Positions 19,684-28,016 are shown, counted from the stretch's first letter. The stretch is DNA of 33,898 nt from Candidatus Micrarchaeota archaeon (GCA_043827025.1 JBDRPL010000018.1:1-33898); one strand, 5' to 3'. A program made the numbers and translations. The notes: generated by a model from the letters alone, not told the origin.

Positions 19684-19893
19684 TTGTCAAAATATCTTGT
19701 GTTGGAAATAGGAGGATCTGTAAGGACTGAGTTTCTTATGAAGAATGGCGAATATGAAGAGACAGAGGATGCTGTTCTGATCGGACACGTAGATGCTGAA
19801 TCCGAATCTGAAGCTTTGGATGCCATACTAAACCAGCCTGATTTTGAGGAAAGGAAATTCGATCATCTGATAGCATACAAGATACTTAGGTAG
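19684..19893 (+). CDS. Small acidic hypothetical protein (~69 aa)
   Basis: TTG start just after AAGGTGA, which overlaps the nuclease stop codon; the ORF track starts at 19645. Confidence 0.6.
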   Translation: MSKYLVLEIGGSVRTEFLMKNGEYEETEDAVLIGHVDAESESEALDAILNQPDFEERKFDHLIAYKILR

Positions 19894-19935
19894 ATTGAAG
19901 ATCCAAGACTCAAGACGCTGTACACTAGACCAAAA
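19894..19935 (+). repeat. Short heptamer repeat tract
   Basis: ATTGAAG ATCCAAG ACTCAAG ACGCTGT ACACTAG ACCAAAA. Confidence 0.55.
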
Positions 19936-19943
19936 AGATAAAT

Positions 19944-20205
19944 TGGGCCCGCCGAGATACTCATTGTTCTCAGTTTTCCGTATGGTGTTTCGAAATCTGA
20001 AAACACTTTGAATTCCCGAAACTTTTGGACTGATTGTTTTTGATGAAACTTTTTCCAAAAAGTTTCCTCGGGACCTACGGCTGCCCTAGACCGTATTAGA
20101 AACTCATTTTTAGGAAGTTTTTGATGAAACTTTTTCCTAAAAAGTTTCTTGTATTAGACGGGGTCATATAAGACCGTCGCTCTAACCGGGCTGAGCTACG
20201 GGCCC
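19944..20205 (-). tRNA. tRNA-Ile(UAU) with three introns (37/38, 53/54, 59/60)
   Basis: Exons 20205-20167, 20082-20067, 20012-20007 and 19957-19944 join to GGGCCCG TA GCTC AGCCCGGTTA GAGC G ACGGT CT TAT AA GCCGT AGGTC CCGAG TTCAAAT CTCGG CGGGCCC A (75 nt, complete cloverleaf, no encoded CCA). Each junction lies in a BHB or BHB-like motif. Confidence 0.92.
20036..20148. repeat. Palindromic element shared by tRNA introns 1 and 2
   Basis: GTTTTTGATGAAACTTTTTCC(T)AAAAAGTTTC at 20036-20066 and 20117-20148. Confidence 0.9.
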
Positions 20206-20232
20206 AACTATTGTTTATTGCTGTTAACAAAG

Positions 20233-20240
20233 ATTTTTAA
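20233..20240 (-). promoter_or_regulatory. Putative TATA box of the tRNA gene
   Basis: TTAAAAAT on the minus strand, 28-35 nt upstream of tRNA position 1. Confidence 0.5.
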
Positions 20241-20248
20241 TGCTGATT

Positions 20249-21289
20249 CTAGAGCCTTAGCTTTCCCCTGAACTTTATGTATGTCGAATACTCGATATAC
20301 TGCTTCTTGGCGATAAAGTCCTGCACAGTTGGCGCAAGCTTCTGCACAGAGGTTATCCTGTCTGTGACAGTTATTGCAAATGAATCGCTTCCTGCACCGC
20401 TTCCGAAAGAAGTGACCAATATCTTATCCTTTGGCTTTGCAACATCAAGAACTGCTGCCAATCCAAGCATAGCTGCTCCTGAATAGGTATTTCCAATAAC
20501 AGGGGTCAAAAGACCTGTTTTTAATTTCTCAGGAGGAATGCCAAGCTGTTTTGCCATTGCCAATGGGAATTTTGCATTTGGCTGATGAAAAACAAAGTAA
20601 TCGTAATCTTTCACAGTTGTCCCTGTTTTTTTGAGCAGAGCTTCAGTTGCACTGCCTACATGTTTGAAATAAGCTGGTTCGCCTGTGAACCTTCCCCCAT
20701 GCGACGGATAGTGGGCATGTTGCCTTCTCCAGAAATCAGGCGTATCTGTTGTAAATGAAACTGTTGCATCAATGGTTGCAACGGATTCTGAATCCTTGCC
20801 CATTATGAAAGCAGCTGCACCGCTTCCTGCTGAATACTCAAGCGCATCCCCAGGCCTTCCCTGTGCAGTGTCTGAACCAATACTCATGCCATAATCTATC
20901 ATACCTGAATCTACCATTCCACAGGCTATTTGTATGCCTGCTGTCCCTGCCTTGCATGCAAACTCAAGATCAGCTACAGTTAGATTAGGGGTGGCCCCAA
21001 TTGCCTCAGCAACGATTGTTGCAGTTGGCTTCACAGCATAGGGGTGACTTTCGCTTCCAACATAAAGGGCACCTATTTTCTGTGGATCGATCTGAGCGCG
21101 TTTCAAGGCATTTCGTGCAGCTTCAACTCCAAGCGTTGCCGCATCTTCGTCTATGCCTCCAACTGCCTTTTCAATTATCCCAAGGCCCTTCTCTATTCGT
21201 TCCCTTTCCTCTCCCCAGACCCTTGCAATTTCTTCTGTCTTTATTCTGTAAGTTGGAACATGAACTCCATAACCTATTATTCCTGCCAT
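20249..21289 (-). CDS. Archaeal hydroxymethylglutaryl-CoA synthase
   Basis: [59 protein letters not shown]. Confidence 0.96.
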   Translation of the reverse strand: MAGIIGYGVHVPTYRIKTEEIARVWGEERERIEKGLGIIEKAVGGIDEDAATLGVEAARNALKRAQIDPQKIGALYVGSESHPYAVKPTATIVAEAIGATPNLTVADLEFACKAGTAGIQIACGMVDSGMIDYGMSIGSDTAQGRPGDALEYSAGSGAAAFIMGKDSESVATIDATVSFTTDTPDFWRRQHAHYPSHGGRFTGEPAYFKHVGSATEALLKKTGTTVKDYDYFVFHQPNAKFPLAMAKQLGIPPEKLKTGLLTPVIGNTYSGAAMLGLAAVLDVAKPKDKILVTSFGSGAGSDSFAITVTDRITSVQKLAPTVQDFIAKKQYIEYSTYIKFRGKLRL

Positions 21290-21345
21290 ATACTAACCTC
21301 GTAACTAAGTTGTAAGTTTGATGAAAAAGGTGTAAACTACCCTTC

Positions 21346-22083
21346 TTAAATCTTCTTCTTGTTTGTTCGTTTCTTATCGTAGTCCTTGTTTTGGCCTCTT
21401 GTGCGGTTATAATGGAGGGTGCTTACGATTATGAAGACTATACAAATGAGTATAATTATAAGCGCAAAGTTGACCTGCGTGGTTTCAACAACGAGTGGCG
21501 CAGAATCTTTCGAGACTTCCATAATGTCAAAGGTTGCCTTTGACCCGTTTATTATTGCCCTGTATTCTCCTGAATAGGCATTGGATATGCTTCCTGGAGC
21601 ATCTAATGTATAAGTAATTTTGACCCCTGCACCTTTCTGCAATTCATAGTTTTTCTTGTTTGTTTCTTTGTCAGAAAGATCTATTGGCAGATGTACCTGG
21701 TTGCTGAATTTGTCTCTGGGCAGGGCTTCTGAAAAGACATTGATAGGTATCTTATTTACAGTTATCCTGTAACTAGTGACAAATACGTTGCTGTCCTTTT
21801 CAATCGTGTAATACTGCCCTTCTCCGAATTCCTTTGTTATTGAAAGCACAAGGCCATCTGCAGTGCATTTGAATGAAGGGTCCATACCTGTACATGCTTG
21901 CCTGAAAAGTTCTTCCATCCTAGGCGCAAGGGTTTTGTCATTTGTCTTTTTTGCGAAATCAGAAATATATTTCATCATGTCTGTTGTTTGCGTAATCATA
22001 TTGTCTTTCTGGTAATATGTCTGGGTGATGCTTCCGGTCAGCAGGATGATTGCCAATATAACGATTGGAAAGAGGTTTTTCAT
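21346..22083 (-). CDS. Hypothetical secreted protein with C-terminal membrane anchor
   Basis: N-terminal signal peptide, C-terminal TM and basic tail. Confidence 0.75.
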   Translation of the reverse strand: MKNLFPIVILAIILLTGSITQTYYQKDNMITQTTDMMKYISDFAKKTNDKTLAPRMEELFRQACTGMDPSFKCTADGLVLSITKEFGEGQYYTIEKDSNVFVTSYRITVNKIPINVFSEALPRDKFSNQVHLPIDLSDKETNKKNYELQKGAGVKITYTLDAPGSISNAYSGEYRAIINGSKATFDIMEVSKDSAPLVVETTQVNFALIIILICIVFIIVSTLHYNRTRGQNKDYDKKRTNKKKI

Positions 22084-22108
22084 GCTTTACACTGTATTTG
22101 AATGTTTT

Positions 22109-22474
22109 TTAATCTTGTTGTTGCCTGGAAATCAGTCCTTCCTTTCTTTTTTTCAGTCCAATCCATATCAATCCTATTCCGACATGGGTTGCCATTAATA
22201 AAGAGAATGTCCCGATTCCGATAATGAAGAAGCTTGAAATTTGGGTTTCGATTAAACTTCCCATCACTCCTGCCATGACTGAAACAGGGATATATTCAGG
22301 TACAAACGTCTGCACTTTGGTTTCCTTGATGAGCGCATGCTTGTCGTCCAGGAAATCAGATACGTTGTCGCTTCCTATCCTGAACCGAGCATCCATTAAT
22401 CTTGAGAAGCCTATGCCAGCTCTTTCCATGTCACTGCAAAGCGCTAGCCTTTTTCTTTTGTCCCTTTCATTCAA
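22109..22474 (-). CDS. Hypothetical membrane protein with shared C-terminal motif
   Basis: ATGA overlap with the upstream gene; hydrophobic C-terminal half. Confidence 0.7.
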   Translation of the reverse strand: MNERDKRKRLALCSDMERAGIGFSRLMDARFRIGSDNVSDFLDDKHALIKETKVQTFVPEYIPVSVMAGVMGSLIETQISSFFIIGIGTFSLLMATHVGIGLIWIGLKKRKEGLISRQQQD

Positions 22475-23829
22475 TCGCCTGGCTCATCGAAGAATTCCTT
22501 TTCTTTGCCATTCTTTATCGCCAGCCCTGCCTGTATCAGCCTTTTTCCAATATACAATGCTGTAAGAGGTATGAATGTGGCAAATCCAACCCAGAAGAAT
22601 CCTGCTGTCATTTCCCACAATCCGGTTCCTACTGATGAATTCAAATGCGAAGCGCATTGAGCGCAGCTGTTTATGGTTCCAATCAATCCTGAGACCACTC
22701 CGATATTTACAACAGTATTCCAATTAACTACTGCATTCATGTCATCATGATTAACTCTTAGTGTGTAGGCCAGACTCGAAATACTGATCCCCTGGCGTTT
22801 CATTTCAGTGAAAAGTCTTTCTCTAAATTCATTTCTTCTTAGGGCAATATCGCTTTGGGTTCCTTCATCCCATTTTTCTGAGAGTTGCCTTCTTAGTGTA
22901 TTATCTATTTCATAAAGGAGTTGTCGGATTTTGTATTCGTTTCTAGAGCCATTCAACTCCCTTCTTTCTGAAAGCAATTTATTGCACAGCCTGGATCTTT
23001 TGATTAGATCTATGGCCTCATGCCCATATAATCTTGCAAGCAAGATCATTGCCTTTATTTCTGCATCTGTTGTTTTTTGATTGAACTGTATTGCTTCTTT
23101 CAAATCACATATCTGGCCACACTTATGGTCATTATGAAAAACACAGCGTTCAAGAACTGATTCAAGCGTATAAAAATTCAAATCTCCATCAGGATCGCTT
23201 TGCATTATTCCTTGCAATTTTTGTTTTGCCTTTCCTGTTTCTTCTGAAATTAATCTTTCAAGAAATGCAGGGTGCACTTTGACAACTGCGTTTCTTGCTG
23301 TGAACTTATATCCCATCAACTGATCAATGATTTCAAATGCCTTGAATGTACCATCCCTTGCCAATGCATCTGCGAATTCAAGGATTGCTGGAGTATACTC
23401 TATATCATCAGTTGTTGTGTAGTAGTTATATTCTTGCTTTTTAAAAAAAACTGCAATAAGCCTGTCAACATCTCCTGATGCTTCTGCCTGCCTTATTCTA
23501 TTTATGAGTGTTTCGCTCACCTTTTCAATGATGCGAGCTCTGGTAACTGGACCTATTTCATGTTCTTCAGGAATCTTGCTGAACGGTATGTATCCGCCGG
23601 AACCTTCAAGGAAAGCATCAACTGCTGTCACTATAACTTCCTCAACCTGATTTCGGTCCTTTACTATTGTCCATAATCCTTCATGGTTGCCGGTCCTTTT
23701 CAAGTTCTCTATAATTCGAAGCATGGCTTTAGCCGGTGGTTCTACAATAGGCGTGGCTGTTCTTGGAATTCCATTGCCTGGTCCTCCGCCTCTGCCAGCA
23801 TTTTCAAATGTGTTTCTTTTGAATTGCAT
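22471..23829 (-). CDS. Hypothetical helical protein with shared C-terminal membrane motif
   Basis: 452-aa ORF with GTGA RBS-like motif, low-complexity N-terminus and hydrophobic C-terminus. Confidence 0.75.
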   Translation of the reverse strand: MQFKRNTFENAGRGGGPGNGIPRTATPIVEPPAKAMLRIIENLKRTGNHEGLWTIVKDRNQVEEVIVTAVDAFLEGSGGYIPFSKIPEEHEIGPVTRARIIEKVSETLINRIRQAEASGDVDRLIAVFFKKQEYNYYTTTDDIEYTPAILEFADALARDGTFKAFEIIDQLMGYKFTARNAVVKVHPAFLERLISEETGKAKQKLQGIMQSDPDGDLNFYTLESVLERCVFHNDHKCGQICDLKEAIQFNQKTTDAEIKAMILLARLYGHEAIDLIKRSRLCNKLLSERRELNGSRNEYKIRQLLYEIDNTLRRQLSEKWDEGTQSDIALRRNEFRERLFTEMKRQGISISSLAYTLRVNHDDMNAVVNWNTVVNIGVVSGLIGTINSCAQCASHLNSSVGTGLWEMTAGFFWVGFATFIPLTALYIGKRLIQAGLAIKNGKEKEFFDEPGD

Positions 23830-23833
23830 GATT

Positions 23834-26674
23834 TCACTTCTTTTCCTGTTCCTTCTTCATTTCCAATCCTGTAAGTATCATTCCTGCGCCAATCAGGGTT
23901 GCAATGAAACCAACTGCCGTACCAATTATTCCGAATACCATGAATTTTCCAATTGCAAATGTAGTTTCCTGGCTTGCCACATAAACCCACGCAGGTATGT
24001 TCAGAAGCCCAGCTCCAAGAGATCCTATTATTGCAACTGTGGATCCCCTTGCCTTGTTGAACATTGCAGTTGCATCCTCTGCCAGGAATTTCGCTTTCAG
24101 GAAAATCTTTCCCACGCCGCTGATCATCTTTGCTTCAATTGCAATTTCAGTAAGTTCTCTTTTCGTTGCACTGTTTTTTTCATTCCTTATTGCTGATAAT
24201 GCTCTGACTTTTGATGATTCACGTTCCCCTTCGTTCAACTGAGGTATAATCGCACAGAGTTTCCTTGTCACTCTTAATCTAGTTGCAGATGAAATTGATC
24301 CAGAATCAAGTGCATTTCTATATGCGATTGCCTTTACTCTTTCTTTGAACTGTTCTCTGTTTTGGGTCAGGGCCCTTGCCTTCATAAGGAATTGTCCAGT
24401 ACCAACCAATGTATTTGTGTCATTCAATGAAATGAATGTTTCGCAGTTTGTATCTTCTCCGTATACTGCCACATCATCTTCATGCGATGTCACTTCATTT
24501 ATTATCTCGTTTATTTTCAATATTTCGCGCTTTCCCAATATTTCGAGGATCAATTTTTTTGGTGTTTCAGCAAGATTCGGCAGGTTGAGCATCCTCTCTA
24601 ATGTAGTATGTGCTCCTTCTGTTCCAAGTGCATCAACCTGTTGGATTATCCAAGGCTGGTCTTCTTCTGCAAACATTCCAAATGATCGCAATAATCTGCC
24701 ACTGCAGATCATTTCATCTAATTTCTGCAAAACTGTTTCTTTAGCCTTTTTCTTTGCATATTCCTTTGTCCCTTTGTCTCTCACACGCGGTTCATTTGCA
24801 ATCCCTGCAAGCTGTTCAACTGCCCCTAGTTCTACCAATGCATTCATTGCCCCAATTGCAATATCTTCGTATTGATAAGTAAAGATAAATTTCATGAGCC
24901 TGCTGCAATCCTTTTCTTGTTTTAACTTTGCTATTGTCTCAAGTTCATTTCCGACTTTTGCAGCAATGCATGTCCTGTCGTCGTTTTTCCCACCATTGTC
25001 ATTTGCAATTGCAAATCTTATTCTTCTTTCTGCATGTATGACTGGGTCAACTGTTCCTGTAAATTCAGGAACGCCATGTGCTTTGGTAATATCCGTTATT
25101 CCGTCTGTTTCCAGAACCACAAGCCCAAGAAGAAGCTCAGTTCTATGTACTGAAGGGATGGCTTTAGCTGGGTTTCCGTCAAGTGTTCTTACAATTACGC
25201 TTTTTGCATCTGCAACCGTCAAAAACCGTTTGGGGCTATATGGGCTTGAGTGAACTCCGCCGTTTGGCCCCCTCATGATTTCCATGCCTTCGCGTATCTC
25301 TGGCCACTTGTGGCTCATATTATTTTGCATCTCCCGAGTTACAATCACGGGTTTCCATTCCGTGTTTGTTAACTCAACATACAAACTATGCTCAGTAGTT
25401 ATTGGAACAGCTGTACTGTCAAACGAAAGTGCATGCCCATTGCTGTCACCAACATTTGCTGAATCTATGATTGTAATTCCTGCTGCGTTTCGAGTCAGTT
25501 TTGCAATTGCAATTGTGGTTCCGCCTTTTTCAAGCGAATTATCGCCTTCGGAAGTTCTCTGTACCTTGTTTTCTTTCAGCTTTTGGTTTGCACCTGCTAT
25601 TATTTGGGCAAGGTCTTCTTCAACTCCTGCGTTAATTCTTGAGGCCACTTCATTCAATACGAGTTCGTTGCATTCGCCTCCCCCTCCGTGTCCGCCCACT
25701 CCATCTCCAACTACAAAATAACTAGCTCCATATCTGTTGGGCCATGCGACCCCATCTTCGTTTTCTCCAGGTTGGAATTTATTCCCGTCCTTCATGTTTC
25801 GCACACTTACTGAATAACTTCCGTCATTAAAATCATAGTACCTGTATGAGCCAATTTCTCTTTTTTGCTTCGCCCAAGGGAGGGAGTCGCTGTGTTCCTG
25901 TGAAATTGCATAGCATGCTAGAGACACCCATCTGATTGGAGGTAATCCTGCCTCAGCTTGAATCTGATCTACCCTGTAAGCAAGTTCAACCATGCATGAC
26001 CTGAACAATTCGAATTGCTTCCATTTGTTCCTTGGCATTGACTCTAACGAGAGGATCCATTTTTTTATCCGTTCAGGCGTTTTTGTCCCCTGCTGGAAAT
26101 TGAACTGCAATGTTAATTGTGTTATTTCTGGAGCAGTACTACGGTCACGTATGTGTTCCCATTCTCCCTGGTGCAGAGATCTGGCAGGCATACTTACTCC
26201 TTCTTGAGCGCTTGCACAATCGTTCATTTCACGTATTATCTCACCAACTGCACGTGGTGTTGTTCCTGTGAGTGTAACTAGGATTGATTCTTCTCCAGAA
26301 GCAGTTCCTGAACCGACTATATTTAAATTTCCCAATTTGCAATCATCTATCTTAACCTCTCCAGTCCTGAATCTTCCATGTGTTTCATAGCTTGCTTCAA
26401 CAAGTTTCCTGAGCTCTTGAGTCGACTCTCTGCCCAGTGCAAGTTCTGCAATGAATCCCTCAACACTTTGGTGTTTTCCTGTTGCCAACTGTTGAACAAC
26501 GCTATGAAAATAAGGATCATTTATTTTTATCCCTTCAACCATCCTTGCAGCCCGCCTTTGGACTTCAATTTGCTGTTCAGTCCGCGTGTCCAGGGGAGCT
26601 GTTGGTCTTGGCGGTGAAGATGATCTAGCTTCTGGTGCATGGTTAGGTCTACGAAGTCGTCTGTCGGGATTCAT
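23834..26674 (-). CDS. Multidomain PPM/PP2C-family Ser/Thr phosphatase with helical repeats and C-terminal TMs
   Basis: ENED, VVGDGVGGH, GGTT, ANVGDS, TEHS, ETDGITD and NDDRT in the PPM motif order (~24960-25800). Confidence 0.85.
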   Translation of the reverse strand: MNPDRRLRRPNHAPEARSSSPPRPTAPLDTRTEQQIEVQRRAARMVEGIKINDPYFHSVVQQLATGKHQSVEGFIAELALGRESTQELRKLVEASYETHGRFRTGEVKIDDCKLGNLNIVGSGTASGEESILVTLTGTTPRAVGEIIREMNDCASAQEGVSMPARSLHQGEWEHIRDRSTAPEITQLTLQFNFQQGTKTPERIKKWILSLESMPRNKWKQFELFRSCMVELAYRVDQIQAEAGLPPIRWVSLACYAISQEHSDSLPWAKQKREIGSYRYYDFNDGSYSVSVRNMKDGNKFQPGENEDGVAWPNRYGASYFVVGDGVGGHGGGGECNELVLNEVASRINAGVEEDLAQIIAGANQKLKENKVQRTSEGDNSLEKGGTTIAIAKLTRNAAGITIIDSANVGDSNGHALSFDSTAVPITTEHSLYVELTNTEWKPVIVTREMQNNMSHKWPEIREGMEIMRGPNGGVHSSPYSPKRFLTVADAKSVIVRTLDGNPAKAIPSVHRTELLLGLVVLETDGITDITKAHGVPEFTGTVDPVIHAERRIRFAIANDNGGKNDDRTCIAAKVGNELETIAKLKQEKDCSRLMKFIFTYQYEDIAIGAMNALVELGAVEQLAGIANEPRVRDKGTKEYAKKKAKETVLQKLDEMICSGRLLRSFGMFAEEDQPWIIQQVDALGTEGAHTTLERMLNLPNLAETPKKLILEILGKREILKINEIINEVTSHEDDVAVYGEDTNCETFISLNDTNTLVGTGQFLMKARALTQNREQFKERVKAIAYRNALDSGSISSATRLRVTRKLCAIIPQLNEGERESSKVRALSAIRNEKNSATKRELTEIAIEAKMISGVGKIFLKAKFLAEDATAMFNKARGSTVAIIGSLGAGLLNIPAWVYVASQETTFAIGKFMVFGIIGTAVGFIATLIGAGMILTGLEMKKEQEKK

Positions 26675-26748
26675 ATTGATAGATTATGTATAACTATCTT
26701 TATAAACCCTTGTTTTACACTTTTTGCAACACACAATTACGCTTGAGA

Positions 26749-27903
26749 CTATTTCATGAACCTCTCTATCCTGTCCAGTGCAGCATTCAATGTACCTGTA
26801 TCGGCAAGGAAGACAAGCCTGAAGTATTGGCCAGGCAATATTGAAGTAAATCCTGCGCCTGGAACAACCACAACGCCTTCCTTCAGCAATTCACGCACAA
26901 AAGTCCAGTCGTCCTTGAACTTCTTTTTCTCTATTTCGACAAATGCATAGAATGCGCCTTTTGGCACAGGCATCCTAAGCCCTTCGATATCATTGATTCT
27001 TTTAACAAGCAGATCCCTTCTTTTCTTGAGTTCCATGTTGAAGCCATGGATGTGGTTTTTCGGGCCATTCATTGCCGCAATCATCCCTCTTTGCTGTTCC
27101 CAATTGACTGATAGCCTTTGGTTGCACAGCCTTTGCATCGCATCCTTTATCTTTTCCCAACCCTGCCCGTGGAATGCTACATATCCGACCCTTGAACCTG
27201 GATAAACGTAATTCTTGCTCATGCTGTTTCCTGAAACAAGAGGGACGTCCTTGCACAACTCTCTCATATTGGTATATTCGCCATCCATTACTATCAATTC
27301 ATAGGCATCATCTGAAATTATCGGCAGTCCGAATTCTCCGGCCATATCAACTATTTCCTGGAGTGTTTTTCTTGGATATATTGCTCCAGTTGGATTATTG
27401 GGATTGATTATTGAAATTGCCTTTGTATTTTTTGTTATATTTTTTCTCATACTGTCAAGGTCAGGCTGCCATTCGTCATCGCATTTATAGAATTGCTCAG
27501 GCCCATATGCAAGCCTTTGTTTTGTCAAGTATAATGGGTAGGTTGGGGCTGGCAGTATTATGCTGCTTCCAGGATCAACCATTGCCTGGTAAAGGAAATC
27601 AATGCCTTCTGAAAGCCCGCTGCATACAAAAACATCTTCCGGCGCAACCTTCTCGTATTTTGCAATCACTTCTCTTAATTCCGGGTCGCCTTCGGATGGA
27701 GCATAACCTGAATAGTTTTGATCAATAGCGTCTTTCACTGCGTCAAGGATGTGCTGAGGGGGCCTGAATCCATATGGTGCAGGGTCGCCTATGTTAAGGT
27801 AAAACATCTTCGTTCCCTGTTTTTCGAGTTTCTTTGCCTCGACAACTATGTCCCTTATTGGATATGAAACAAGCTCGCTTCGTTTTGATGGCTCAAATAT
27901 CAT
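26749..27903 (-). CDS. Class I/II PLP-dependent aminotransferase (AlaT/AspC-like)
   Basis: LNIGDP, INPNNPTG, ISDDAY, SMSKNY..PGSRVG, GAFY, YFRLVF. Confidence 0.95.
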   Translation of the reverse strand: MIFEPSKRSELVSYPIRDIVVEAKKLEKQGTKMFYLNIGDPAPYGFRPPQHILDAVKDAIDQNYSGYAPSEGDPELREVIAKYEKVAPEDVFVCSGLSEGIDFLYQAMVDPGSSIILPAPTYPLYLTKQRLAYGPEQFYKCDDEWQPDLDSMRKNITKNTKAISIINPNNPTGAIYPRKTLQEIVDMAGEFGLPIISDDAYELIVMDGEYTNMRELCKDVPLVSGNSMSKNYVYPGSRVGYVAFHGQGWEKIKDAMQRLCNQRLSVNWEQQRGMIAAMNGPKNHIHGFNMELKKRRDLLVKRINDIEGLRMPVPKGAFYAFVEIEKKKFKDDWTFVRELLKEGVVVVPGAGFTSILPGQYFRLVFLADTGTLNAALDRIERFMK

Positions 27904-28016
27904 TCAGAAACCTCCAATTTCCAAAAATAGCCTTACGGCTACCTCGGGTTTATGGAAAGTTATTCATGGGTAGCCTTTATATAGATTTTGTAAGTTGGTT
28001 CGTTCTTTGACGGAAA

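Larger units (their letters stand above)
17106..19956. mobile_element. tRNA-integrated mini genomic island (defence cargo, no integrase)
   Basis: Bounded by a 17-bp direct repeat of the tRNA 3' end; contains AlbA_2/Schlafen-HATPase and DpnI-like genes. Confidence 0.75.

Noticed and set aside
19828..20058. 76-aa ORF
   Set aside because: Overlaps tRNA exons and introns; spurious.
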